DNA of 64,000 bases from Camelus dromedarius. Lineage: Eukaryota. Below are positions 24,193 to 37,600 of this stretch, piece by piece. The position numbers and the translations under genes are program-made. Each line of letters starts with the position of its first letter. Within the stretch, counting starts at the first letter, position 1. The notes beneath the pieces were generated by a model that was given only the letters and a program-made list of their open reading frames with translations, ran no database searches and was not told the DNA's origin. The stretch covers positions 112,098,001 to 112,162,000 of the forward strand of contig NC_087436.1 in assembly GCF_036321535.1 (NCBI RefSeq), read 5' to 3'.

Positions 24193-25744
24193 AAAACCAA
24201 CTCCACAAAGTGAGACTGCCATGAAGTCCTCTAGAGGCAGATGGATAATGGATGCTCTCAGATATCTTTGTCTCCTGATGTTCTGCACAGCTAAGTCTCT
24301 GGTTACATAGTCATTGAAGGAATGAATTTAATGTAAAATGTGAGCTACATTCAATATTTGAAAAGAAAAGTAATTTTTTGGTTCCAGCTTCTTCTATGTT
24401 TATTTTCTTGCATCATAATGGCTATCTTTTTCCCATTATTTTTTATTTTTTTTTTTGGCGAGGGCCGTATTTAGAATGCTTCACCTACCCTTGGGTTTTG
24501 TTTTATAGCTCTCTCTGAAGCCAAGTCATGCCTGTGCCAAATTTCTATAGACCCGATTTAGTACAATTAGCTTTTTACCCTTTAAATTATTTCATGTGGT
24601 GACAGAAATTTGGGAGGTGTTTGCTGCTGTTATTGTTGTTTGGTTGGTTTTGCTAGACAGGGTAGGGACACTTCGCTTAGAACTAATTCTGCCTATAATT
24701 ATTCAAGGGGAGAAATGTGGAACTAAGTAAGGATTATAGTTATTTCGTTTATTTTCTTCCTCTGTAAACCTTATCATTTTTTTCAAAGCTCTCAAACCCC
24801 TCTCTGAAATATTATTCCAAATTTGAAGAATTCAAGTCTGAGTTTGCTGTTCTCCTTTGCACTAGCAGGATATAAGGTATTTAAACAGTATCTTACAAAT
24901 TCCAAATTGTGCTGACTTCTCTCACATAACATGCGTTCTTGTCTTCTTGTAATAACCTTCCCTTGTTTGTGTTGAGCGCCAGATGACAAACTCATGTGCA
25001 GGAAACATAAGGTGCCTGCTTTTATGCCCTAATACCATGCATGGTGCTTGGCAGGTAGAAGTAATTGACTGGATAAATGTTTGCTGAATGAATGAATAAA
25101 ATGAAGGAAGATGCAAACTTTCAAAGTGCAGTGTGGACAGGATTGGTAAAACACCAAAGCATTAAAAGTTAATTTGAAAATCAAGGGAAAGGCTGACACA
25201 TTGGCTATCATTAAAATTGTGCGCATTTCCTTTTCATTTAGGAAGTTCTTTTAAGTTTTGTTTAAAATATGAGTTCCTCCTTCTCGGGGATTCTCTGCAC
25301 TCTGAAGCCGGAGCTGGCTTTGGCTGAGCTGGGAGGGGTGACTTCCTGAGCTCTCCGGCTGTCTTCCTTCAACAAAGATTTAGGGAGTATTTCCTCCAGG
25401 CCACCTTGTGTTGCTGCATAGGGAACCCTCCTCTGGTAACGAGCATCAGCTACAGCAACCGAGGAGGAAGGAAGTCATGCCCATTACACAGATGAGGAAA
25501 ATGAAGAGATGCTAAATCAAAGAACAGAGCTCTCTTTGCATGCATGGTATAGTGTATTTCTTTCAGGCAACACTGAGCCTTTTTAAGGTACATTTTCTAG
25601 CAGAATTCACTGTTCCTTTCTTTGCACCCACATGATGCTTCATTTCATTTGTGAAGACTTTCCCCTGTTAGTGTTTTATGTAACTATCCCCATCCCACCC
25701 CACGCCCACCCCAGGTTGCAAACTCCATATACGTTTGCAAACAC

Positions 25745-25960
25745 AAAGCCCTTCTTATGTGCCAAAGACTGTTTCTAAGCACTTTATATATATTAATTTA
25801 ATCCTTCTAACCCTATAACCCATGAGGTGAGGGCTGTTAACATACAACTTTTAAAAAGAGGAAATGAAGCAGAGATGGATGAAGTCACTTGTCCAAGCTA
25901 TTCAGCTGGGAAGCAGCAGGGTCTGGATTCGAACCCTGGGACCTGGCTCTGGACTTTAAT
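25745..25960 (-). mobile_element. MIR SINE
   Basis: tatgtgccaaagactgtttctaagcacttt...gaggaaatgaagcagaga...ggattcgaaccc. Confidence 0.75.
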
Positions 25961-27589
25961 ATGCTCAGCTCCCTCACCTTGGATGGAGGGTGTGTCTTGT
26001 TCAGTCTTTACCTTACGCATCTGCTGTGGCTGCTACCTCTTGGCCAGCTCTCAGTAGAAGAAAGCTCCGCAGTTAGAATGTGGAAGAATGACTCAGCCTC
26101 ACCGTCTTATTCCCAGACTTCCTTCCATGGCCTGTCCCGACACCCCCTGTCTTAATGAAGGTGCCCCATTATTCCCTCACTGAGCAGCCAGGCTTCCTTT
26201 GGTAGTTTTATCACAATGAATTACTCTCCATTCATGAATGCAATCATGTGCTTATTGTTGAGTAGATTTTAAGCTCCAGGAGGAGAGATGGGGACCCCTG
26301 GTTGATCATGTCACCAGCCCTGCACCCGACTCAGAGGAGGCAAGTCATAAATACTTGTGGGATTGAAGAATAAGGCATAGTTAACTTTGTAGAGTAGTCA
26401 CATTGTATCGTTTAAGCGCCCACATCTTTGCTTAGAAGAGTGGCATGGTGTGGCAGCCTGATTTCTATCAAAAAAACCACCCTCTCTGTAACCTAGAGGG
26501 ATGCTGGAAAAAATATCCACCCAGGACAGGACTTCTACAGGGCATTCAGACCTTTCTCACAGACAACTGGGCTTCTTTAGGAGAGGCTGAGAAAACAACC
26601 TAGGTTTTGTGACTAAAACCTCATTCATTTAACTCCACAAATGGAGAACCTTGTGAGTATTTTCCCCAGGTTGGGCAGGGCTGGGCTGCGACCATGTTTC
26701 CAAAGCCAGTTATTTACAGCAACAAGACAGGAGGAGCTTTTGTTTATCCTCAAGCAAAATGGTTTTGAGGCATCTCAGCACCTAAATTGCTTGTGATCAG
26801 TTAGGGGTTTCCGATTTCAATTAAAGCAGATCCAACCGGACTCCTATCTGGAAATTCTTGGTTATCAGGGAGTGCAAATTGCAGAGTAAACTTTAATGCA
26901 GCACAGATAATGCTTCCTAAAGTCTTAGGGCAATTATATTGCCTCTTCTCCTAGACGGATGGTTTCTCAGCTCTCCTTTGTGCAGATCCTATGTGAACGG
27001 CTGTGACGTATGTGAGCTGTGATTCTCCAGGCTGCTTCGGAGGCTTCTGTTCTTGTTTTAGCTGGCAGATAACTTACGAATTTAAAAAAACATGCCATTG
27101 CTCTAAAATCATTACATGGTCTAGATTTCTCAGCAATTCAAACTGCCCCGCTTGTCTGCTCCCCCCACACCCACCTTGTCCAAATGTAAGAGGATTTAGC
27201 GCAATAAAATGATTCCTCTTACTAATTTCAAAGAATAAATATGCAGAGTTGAAAACAAAATACATAAATAGAAGTTTTCATACTGCTGGAAGGATCTTCA
27301 GGTAAATTACGGCATCTTATTGTCTGGGGATCAGCTTCTCTCCTAGATAATCAGAGCCCCGTCGCAAATACAACACTCCCAGGGGCTGCTCCCGTGGGCT
27401 GGCGTCAAGGTACACTACCTGGGACCTCTTTGCTGCTGAGTGTGATCTCTGCATCTCTCCACCACCAGTTTCTTTGGTCTGATGACTTTGGGAGAAGAGG
27501 CGCAAGGACAGGCTGGTGGGGACAGCAGGGAAAGATACAGGACTTTCCACATTGCCATGGCACTCCCCAGGGACCCAGGCGGACTGGAA

Positions 27590-27690
27590 TCTCAGCTCTG
27601 TCTCTGCTGTAGTAGTGTGGTCCTGAATAGGCCACTCCAGCTTCCTGAGCCGCAGTGTCCTCATCTGTGAAATTGGAAGAACATAACCAT
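27590..27690 (+). mobile_element. MIR fragment
   Basis: cttcctgagccgcagtgtcctcatctgtgaaattgg. Confidence 0.65.
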
Positions 27691-27856
27691 GACTTTCAGG
27701 AATTGACCCTCAGTGTAACTCAGTTGGGACTTTTTAGTCATTTGTGATGGGGCTTTATGCTGTATATGCCCTCCTGTAAGGCAATTCTAAACCCTGCAAA
27801 AATTCTGAACAGCTGACCACCTGAGTGACCATTCTTCCACTCTTTAGGGACCACTT

Positions 27857-27947
27857 ATTTATTTATTTATGGAGGTACTGGGGATTGAACCCAGGACCTC
27901 ATGCATTCTGAGCATGTGCTCTACCACCTGAGCTATCCTCTCCCTCC
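27857..27947 (-). mobile_element. Camelid Vic-1-like SINE, short form with (AAAT)n tail
   Basis: Minus strand reads GGAGGGAGAGGATAGCTCAGGTGGTAGAGCACATGCTCAGAATGCATGAGGTCCTGGGTTCAATCCCCAGTACCTCC. Perfect 11-bp TSD agggaccactt (27846-27856 / 27948-27958). Confidence 0.93.
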
Positions 27948-28481
27948 AGGGACCACTTCTTAGTGAGAGCTTCTGCTTGTCTGCTTCTCTGGAAGACATC
28001 TGAGAAACTAGGACATGACAAATGAAGACCAGAGCCCCCCAGGTAGGGGCGCTAAATCCCAGACAGCAAATCTCTTGTATTTCACTCACACCAGCACCCA
28101 TGAGGCTTGACCTGGAATCATATTGACTCTTCTGACACATTTCTGAAGGGTTTGGTTACTTGGTTTTCTAACTGATGGGAAATTAGAAGGAACAAATAAA
28201 AGAGTGGGGCTGCTCCCAAGGGTGAACAAACAGAGAGGAGTCAGGTGGTGACATAACAAAGGTGAGATGTGGAATCCATTTCTTGCCCTTCCTTCTCACC
28301 CAACATAAACATTGGAAAGCGCAGACTCAATGACAGTTGATGTAGATATAAACATCTCCACACACTGTCAGTAGCATTCAAGGACACAACTGCATTCCCA
28401 GCACTAACCAAGGGCAGCATATATATGGTTCCCACAGCTCCCTTCACCTGTGCCCAAAGCAGACCTCAAAAGTCACTCTTG

Positions 28482-28607
28482 GTGGGAGGGTAGCATACAT
28501 TCCTCGCATACACAAGATCCTGGGTTCAATCCCTAGTACCTCCTCCAAAAATAAGTAAACTTCATTACCTCCCCCTCAAAATTAATAAATTAAATTAAAA
28601 AAATTTT
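28482..28607 (+). mobile_element. Camelid Vic-1-like SINE lacking the A box
   Basis: B box GGTTCAATCC, AGTACCTCC and ATTACCTCCCCC tail. TSD aagtcactcttg (28470-28481) / aagtcaatcttg (28608-28619). Confidence 0.88.
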
Positions 28608-31445
28608 AAGTCAATCTTGACACTCTTTAACTGATGCTAGTACAAGACATCCTTGTACTGACTCCAGACTCTTTCCTCAGTCTTACTCAGGCACCACCTA
28701 CCAAGCCTTCGAACTTAATCCAGGAGCCGACATTCATTTTCACTCTCTGTGTAATGATGACTATTTAAAAGGATAGGAACACCAGTAGCCATATTTGAGA
28801 GAGGTTTTCTGTAATGCTGGGGGAGAGGGTAAAAAAGATTTGATTCATTGAAGGATGCATAGGATTTTGTCAAGCGAGAAAGTTGAGAAGGGCCTTTGCC
28901 TGAAGTTATTTTTCTCGTCTTAAAATTACTAAGAAGATGAAGCATGGCAAATCGATCTGAGGCAAACTCACTGGCTGTTAATCTGCAGTGGAATCAATTA
29001 CTTTGGTCCAGGGCTTCCACTGTAGCTAAGGGCGTGGCAAACCGCCCCGGAGACATTTTAAGGCGGATGACATCCTCCCGTGTTGGGAGGACCTGGTTTG
29101 GAGCTTCTGGGGCCTGAGATAAAGGCATGCCATTTTTTAAGGGTCCCTGGAATTCACATAATCCTTACAAACAACATTTTGATGAACTGAGTCAAAGGAA
29201 TGCAACCCGCCTGTTTCTGGTTCACGTCAAGTTTAAGGGCTTAGAAGTTAGAGGAAGAGGTGCTGGGCAAGGGGTATCGTCCAATGTTACTAAACCCCAA
29301 ACATTTGAAACAGAGCCTACTTTCCTTTTCCTTGTGTTTAACCCAAAGCTCAAGGGCTTTCTGGCCTATTCCTGAACCTTTCTAATCTTCTCCAGGCTTT
29401 TATGACCCACACAAGGATCAGGATGTGTTTCTCTCCTGGTGTGTGCACAGACAGAAGGGGCAGAATCCAAGTCATAAGTTGCCGCTTTGTGTCAGTTGCT
29501 TGGCCCTCCAGTGTCTGCAGGGTCTGGGTGATCGGGCCCGTCCTCAGAAGTCAGTTCTCCCACCCCTCAACAGAATAGGCAGTAATTCACTGAAAGGGCC
29601 AGAGCATCGCGCCTCAGTGTGCAGGCACGTTTCAGGGGCAAGGCGTGTGGTCTCCTTACATGGAGTTGCTCTGCCCCATGTAGGTTTACATATTCATTTC
29701 AAGAATATTTTTGACCCCGACAGTGCGCATTTGAGATATAGAAATGCATGCTATAGGCTATAACTCTCAATTAATAGGAAAGAAAGACATAGATACATTA
29801 TAATATAGTGTGATGCATGTTATGTGAGAGGGGATACTTGCTGCTAGGGGAGGACACAGGTGGCTCCTCCGACATAGCCTGGGTACTGGGGTGGGGTCAG
29901 GTCACTGGACATCAGCAGTGATTTCCCACAAGAAAAGGTCTGTGAATTGGATTTAGAAGTATGTGTAGGTGTTCACTAGAAAGATGATAATTGTGGGAAG
30001 GATAAAAGGGAGATGGGAGAGAGAGCAGTCCTGGTAGGAGGAGCAGCGTATGAAAAACGCTGAGGCCTAAGGAAGCGTGCGATGCTTGGTGGCATTACTA
30101 GGCAGGTAATTCTGGCCAGATCAGGCAGCACCTTTCATGTGCCACCCTGGGGCAGCGAAATGAAGACCCTTGACTTCCAAGTGGCTGGTAAGGCCCATTA
30201 TGTGAAGGACCCCCAAAGGCTCAGAGCTAAAGTGAGACTTGAATGTAGATTCAGGATGTAGAATGAAGAGGTTGGGCGGAGGATATAGGGGCATCCAGAT
30301 ACCCAACACTTTTCAATCTACCTGGGTCCACCCACTGCCCCTGTGGATTCCTCAGGCCCTGGGACTGGCCTACCTACTTCCCTTTACGCTGCCCACACAC
30401 ACAACACAACAGGCCCCACATCCCAAGCCAGTGTACTGCAGAAACAGCCTCCCACATTTCCCCGCACCCAGGATCCTCTCTGCCCCTGAGGGAAATAAGC
30501 CATCACCCCATTTTAGAAGAATACAGAGTTGGCATGGTTCTGGCACTGGAAGAGGGAACTCCAGGTGCGGAAAAGAAATTGTGTAGGGGGTTCTGAAAGC
30601 CAGTGGCTCCCTTTCTGTCTGTCATCTTCTCTCAATGGGTGTCTCCCATGATTGCCACCCAAGGCTGTTATTAGGCTACCAGTAGAACACTGCTCAGTTC
30701 ACCCTTTAATGCTGTATGCCAATTAAAGATTTTAAAACACCAACAACAACAACCAAAAAGTCACCTCTGTCTTGGTTCTGGTTAAGTCATTAACATCTTT
30801 GACATTGCCTGGGATTTTCACAAAAACTTTACCTATCGACAAGGAAGTGCAAATGAGAAAATGAACAAAGAGAAACCCAGTTGAGTGACACGGTGCAGCT
30901 TCCTGGTGCTATTATAATTGTGGCTATTCCTAGGCTTCACAAGGCCTGTCCTCCTCCGTTTTTACAAGACATGGTAATGACCACAGCCACGTCCATGAGT
31001 TAGAAGTTGCCCCCTTTGGATGGGTATAGCCAATTTCAGTTCACTTCTGCCCATCGCATCCCGGTACCTCTGTGCAGTGCCCAAACCCTACGACTGTACA
31101 TGATGCCCTGGGTACAATCTAGCCCCAGAGGGCTGCTACAATACTTATTAGACTCGTCACATCTCAGTTCTTGACGTGTGCACGCTTAGGCTCCGCCTTA
31201 GAGCCCTGCGGTGGTGGGGAGTGAAAAGGTCATTCATTGGAATTTCTTAACCAACTTCCTTCCACTCTTTCTTCTCTCCTTCTCAGCCCCCAGCCATATT
31301 GCATTATGATTCACTGTGGGTCATTGTTGAGATGAGTTCCTCGGATCACTGACTTGTAGGCTGACAAAGACAAGTGTTCCAAGGTCACCGTGGCACGGAG
31401 AAAGAGTCCAATGCCCAGGCTACGGGGTCAACCAAACTAAGCTGG

Positions 31446-31971
31446 TGTGTTAGTAAAATATTGCTATGTAACACACTAGCCCAAATCGTAGCAGTTTAAA
31501 GACCAAAGATTTATTATCCCGCAGTCTCTGTGGTTTAGGAATCCGAGTGTGTCTTTGCTGGGTACCTCTGCATCAGCGTCTTTCACAAAGCTATAACCAA
31601 GATGTCAGCTGGGATGCATTCCCCTCAACACTCAGCTCGGGAGATTAGCTCCCAAGCTCACTCTCATGACTGTTAGCAGATTTAGGTCCTTGTTGTCTGC
31701 ACACCAGAAACATCCTTCCATAGTACATCTTACACATGGCAACTGGCTGCCCTCAAGGTGAGCAAGGGATGCAGGGCAGCCACAACGGAGGCCACAGTCT
31801 TTGTGTAACCTAATCTCAGACGTGCTATCCCATCACCTCTGACACATTCTGTTTTATCGCCAGAAACAAGTCCCTAAATCCAGCCCACGCTCAAGGGAAG
31901 AGGATTACGCAAAAGTATAAATACCAGGAGGCAAGGGTAGTTGGGGGTCATCTTGCAGGCTGCCTTCCACA
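31446..31971 (-). mobile_element. MaLR LTR (MLT1F-like)
   Basis: tgtgttagt..attgctatgtaacacactagcccaaa...cagcccacgctcaaggg...ggtcatcttgcaggctgccttccaca. Confidence 0.8.
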
Positions 31972-32877
31972 CTAGGAATCCTGACTCTTTGTCATTTAGT
32001 ATCTTTGTGGACCTGAGCACACAGCCTCATCTTTCTGAGCCTTGATTTCTCCATCAATAAAATGGAGATAGTTAATGAAAAGGACTTGATATATGATAAA
32101 TAATAGCTAAAAATAATCATGATGAAGGTAACAGTGATGGTGATGACTGATGATAATAATGATGAATGTTAGTTTCTCTTTCCTTCTTTCCAGAAGGTAG
32201 AGGAAGCTCCCGGGGAGCACCTAGCAGAGTAGACATCTGTGTGGAAGCGTCGATTGGGTGGGTGAGTCTAACGCTTCTGGCATGCACCACCCACTTTCTG
32301 CCAAGCGGGGGGGAGTGGAAGCACCCCACCCCTGTAACATGACCCACACCAGTAACTGCCGCGTTCGTTTCTGGTACTCTTTATGCGTGTTTATTTTCCA
32401 GAAGCTTTAAAAACATAAAGTAGCAAATGGAAAGTGGAATTATGGTGGGATGGGCATGGCCCCAAAGGGAATAATCCCTTAGTCACTGGCCTCCCAACAT
32501 GACTCATGGAGTTCGTCTCACTGCCAAGAAGCCCTGACTATGAATATGCAGCCATCACAGAGGGAGACGTTGAGGAGAGTGGGTATTTTTTGCATAGCAT
32601 CCCCAGGAGAGTTTCTTTAAATAGCAGAAGCAGCCTTTAATACAGCGAAGATGCAACCCTCTGTGATCAGCCTCCTTGCAGTTCTTGGAGAATCTTGTCT
32701 ATAATCCAGCTCTCCTTTTATGGCCATCTCAACAGATGTGTTTTCTGCAGCATTTTTTATCCAGGTGTTGGCATCCTTTCAGAGCAGACAACAGGAGAGG
32801 TCTTCTACTGAGCCTCATGGGTGTCAAATGCATGGTTAACTGACCTTCACCAGGGGTCACTATTCTGAGGACATTAC

Positions 32878-33045
32878 ATCTAAAACTCAGTACATGTGAG
32901 ACAGGGACTATTACCATTCCCATTTTATAGATGAGGATCTAAAACTCACTACATTTGAGATAGGGACAGTTACCATTCCCATTTTATAGATGAGGAAACC
33001 GAGGCACAGTGAGGAAAAGCAGCTTGCCCAAGGTCACACAGCTAT
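32878..33045 (-). mobile_element. MIR containing a 59-bp tandem duplication
   Basis: Two copies of attcccattttatagatgagga followed by aaccgaggcacag...ttgcccaaggtcacacagct. Confidence 0.85.
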
Positions 33046-34084
33046 TACAGGAAAAGATGTTTGTGATGATTTGCAATAAAATGATGTTTTGCCCAGAGAG
33101 TTGGCCACTGAAAAGGGTACATACAGTGCTTGATTTTTCCCTGAGAATCTGGCTCAGTTTCAAGAATTGGATTGGAGTGTAGAACTAGTAAGATTTGGGA
33201 ATGACACCTTTTCAAAGTTGTCGACATATGCTGGTCACTCCTGACCAATTTCATACTTTAGGCTTTATGATGACATGTCTCCCAAGGCAGCACATTGAGA
33301 GTGAGTTCAGTGACATCTGACATTGTACTGCTGCAAAACAGTGAGAGAAAGAATAAGATGCAGGCAAATGAAACCCAGGGGCTTAGATTGGTAGCGAAGG
33401 TTAAATCTCATGTTCTCTAGGTGGTCCAGTAACCGATGTGTGTTCTGATTGGAATGTGGTGGTTTGGAGTAGTGGGCAGGGAGAGGGCACTAGGTGTGGG
33501 ACTTTGGGCCAGCCCCTTATCATTTGTACAAATGAGTTAATAACAGCTCCCACCCTATAAGGCTGTGCTGTCAGTAATTTAGGATAGGGCACAAAATCTT
33601 GGTTCATATATGCAGGGTGCTGCCCCTACCTGGCAGCCTTTCAGGATTTCTGTTCCCTGTCCTATATCAACAAAATGAGAGTGTTAGGCAAGGCCGTGTC
33701 CACAGACCCTTCCTGCTGGGCTGTTCTGTGATTCTGGGACAGAGCAGAAGGGAATGAGGCTTCCAGGTAGATGCTGTGGGAGGGACTTGCCTTCCTAAGA
33801 AGCTTTCAGACATTCTTTACAACAGAGGATGCTATCCCGGGCCAGACAGCACACCCAGGTCAAGATGTGCTCCCTGTTGCTAAGAGATGCCACAGAAACG
33901 AGTAGGCTTTGGGACTGTGGTTAAGCTTCTGTGAGCTTTCAGGGCAGCTCAAACTTTCCCTTGTGAAAATTATTCTCAGCATTCAGAAGACTGCACGGTA
34001 CAAAGGCTTTATTGCTTTTGTTTTTCTTTTTCCCAGTTGATGAGCTGATATATTCATGGACAAGTCCACTCAGCTGGGCCTAAC

Positions 34085-34630
34085 TCATTCATTCATTAAC
34101 TTACATTCAGTCTGCTCTGTCCCTGGTACCACAGGGATACAGCAATGACACAGGTGTAGCCCCTGCCTTCAGAGAGCTTATGATCTCATGGGGATCAAGT
34201 AAGCTGTTCAGTCAAATGCAAGATGTCCTCTATTACTGGAGAGCAGAAGGAACAGCAGAAGCAGTCCTAAGAGATGCTTTCTCCAAATGTCCTGGAGGTG
34301 GTTTTTAAAGAATAAATTAACCAGAGGAAGGCAATGGACTTCCAAGCAGATAGAATCTCATGAACTAAAATGCAGAAGCAAAGGAGAGTTGTCAGATTTA
34401 GAGGAGCTGTAAAAAATTGTGTGCTGTTAGATCCAAGGCTGTGTGTCTCTCTGTGACTGGGGGAGGGTGGTGGGGACACAGAGAGAGGCAGGAGAGAATG
34501 AGGAGAAACAGAGATGCAGGGAAGTAGTAGAAATGAGGTCAGAGGGATAAGCAGGGCTGGGTCATGAAAGATCCTCGAAAGTCTGGGCTTCGTCTTGAAG
34601 GCAATGAGGGGAGCCACTGAAAGGTTTCAA
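34085..34630 (-). mobile_element. L2 LINE 3' fragment
   Basis: tcattcattcatt tail, ccctgccttcagagagctta, gaaggcaatgaggggagccactgaaaggttt. Confidence 0.7.
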
Positions 34631-37600
34631 AGACATTTATTGAACTTGACCAGATACTTTTGGCAGATGGTTAGATTAGGTGATCTTTAAGGTCCCTGTA
34701 TATTTAAACCATCCCCAAAAGATACTATTGTATACCCTTTGAGATACTATCCAAAGAAATACATTCTTTTAATACTTAAAAACTAGCCAGTTGCACTTTT
34801 GTAACCCTCATTCACACAAGGGCATCAATCCAGCAAAACTTTCATTGTTCATCTATTATGTGGACGACACCATACTGGGTGTGGTGGGAGATTCATTTGT
34901 ACATAAAATTAAATAAAGATGTGGGGGGACACATAACTGTCCTACCCAATAAAAGAGGTGGCACACGATACATTATTGATTGATTTTGGAGTCCGATGTT
35001 CTAGATACAGGAACTTTTATGTACGTCTAGCTGAGCCTCCGTCCTTTCATCTATAATGCTGGGATAGCAGTAGTGTCTATGGTGTAAAGTCACTGAGAGT
35101 ATTGGAGGAGACGGTACAGGTAAAGAATAAAAAACTTAATCCAATAACAGGTGCATGATAAGCATTGAAATGTAATTAGCTATGAGCATCGTTAGTGTCA
35201 GTACCATTGTGAAGCTAAAACTGGCAGAAAGGGTCTGGATTACGCCAGTGAAGGGCTGTGACTACCCTGACATTACCAGTTTTACACATAATCTCTTACA
35301 TTTGAACACCTCAAATTCAGAATCATGGTCATTTGATTTAGTATGAAATTCTTTTCTCCATGGGACCAAAACCAGTTTGCTTTACAAATGTACAAAGGAA
35401 AGTCTGGTGATGGTAGAGGAGATGCGGATGTTAAACTCTTTAAAAATATGTATATATATATATATATACTTTATACACACTTAGCCACTCTCTAGGCATA
35501 GATGCCATGTAAATGCACCATATTGATTTATTCAGGTATTTCTAAGTATCACTTAAGTTGGTGGCATTTGATAGTCATTGATTTTAAAAAGCATTTTTAA
35601 AAGCAATAAAATGGCATTTCTTTGCAGAACATTTTGTCCTTTTTATTTATTTGGTATGTTCTTTTTTCCCCTTGCTTTCCTCCAGTTACCCTTCATGAGT
35701 GCTATTTTGCTAAATTCATAACAGTCATCGTTTATTTATTTTTTTGGCAAATATTTATTGAGTTCCTGCTCTGTGCCAGGAAATAGTCTGGGTGCTGGTG
35801 ATACAAGAATGAACAAAAAGACAAAGGTCCTCTCTCTTAAAACTTAACATCCTGGTCATAGGTTTGGCTTTGAAATGGAACAGTGATAATCTCTGGGAGG
35901 TCATTAAATGTCTCGAGGTAGGTACAGAAAAATAAACATGGTAAAGTGGGACAATAATATAATGACTAGTTCACCAGAATTTAGACCATCCCACAGGATC
36001 ACAGACCTAGGACAACAGATTTTTTTATGGTATTGTTTTTGTAGAGGTTTTGATTGAGTCTCAAAAAATTATACAAATGACATCTAAGTGATTCCCCCAT
36101 TAACTGACACATGCTTTCACTCTACACCAGATTCATAAAATTCCTTTTTAATTCCTGTGTGATTTGATATGGATATTAACCGAGAAAATTAAGCACTACT
36201 AGGCTGTTACCAAAAACAGTTATAGAAGTTTAAAGTTGGGAAATATTTAAATCCAGATCTGCTCCGAGTCTCAAAACCCTTAATAACTTCTGTCTGTAGA
36301 GTAAAATCTGAACTCTGAAGTTTTCATTCAAAACTGCTATCGGAAGTTAGCCAATAGCTGTTCTTTTTGGTATCTTGTCTTCAATCCCCAAGGCCTCTTG
36401 AGGACTCAAGGAACTTTGGATGAGAAGGGAGAATTATACCAAGGCTATTGCCTGTAACTTGAAGCACTGCCTCATCACAGTGATTTGTGCTTTGTACCCA
36501 TCTGGGCTTTCTTGTTTCAAGCATGTGTCTACTTCATTTATGTCATTCAACCGATAGGTATTGAAGGCCTCCTCTGTGTCAGACATTTATAGTTTTTGTT
36601 TTTCTCTTTATTTGTTCCCCTTGAAATATATAATCCAATCTGTGGTTTCTCTGAATTTAAATGAGCATTTGCAGTTTGTTCTCCAACTGGTACCTGGCTC
36701 AGTCATTTAGGAAATCCAAGTAGCCGTCCCTATCAAAAGGCAAGTATCGCCGTTCCACTGATTACTTCCTGACTGCATGACCCAAGGAAGAGACTTATGG
36801 AAGGAAGAGGCAGGAGCTCTTTGAATAGATTTGTTATCCACCTACCTAACAGCCATCATCTTTATTTCAAAGCATCTTCATCTATGGTGAAACATGGTTC
36901 TTTATCTAGGAAAAAATCCCCACTATAGTATTTTTGAAAATGTCTTCTAAATTTACATGATATTTTGGAGTGTAATTGTTAGGAAAGCTCAAACTCTCTC
37001 TGACCTGCCACTGTGATCACTTGAAGTGGAGTGACATGTACCTTCTTCTCAGCACACATCTTCGGATATCCAGTAGGACTCACCCACCCATCTATCTAGA
37101 CAAACATCCCATTAAGATGCTCTATGCTAAGATGTGTTCTAGACACTGGAACCAAGACTAAGGCTAAGGCAGAGTTCTTGTTTGCAAGTTCATGTTACAA
37201 AATGCATTTGAGGCTGCAGAATTCCAAGTCAACTAAAGTGTTTGGATATCTAAACCTGGACACCAGTCAATGGCTTTTGTCATTAAATCAGGTGTCATGT
37301 CATCAGAGACCTGCTCCTCTATCTTGAGTCTAGAATGTTACATAGTCCCCTGTCCTGAAATCTTGTCTTGGTTAGTGCTGTAATCACTCTGAAATGTAAC
37401 ATGAGGCTGTATACATAGTAGATGTGCGAAAAGCATTTGTGAAACTGAGTTGGGTTGAAATTTTTTTTACCTGCCAACTGTTTGTCATTGAATTGAGATT
37501 CCAATAAACAACACATTTTTTAACCCTTAAAGTTCTAAACCAGTTGAGAAATAAGGCAGAGGGGATGGCAGATGAAAAAGACACTATTTATAATTCTGGT

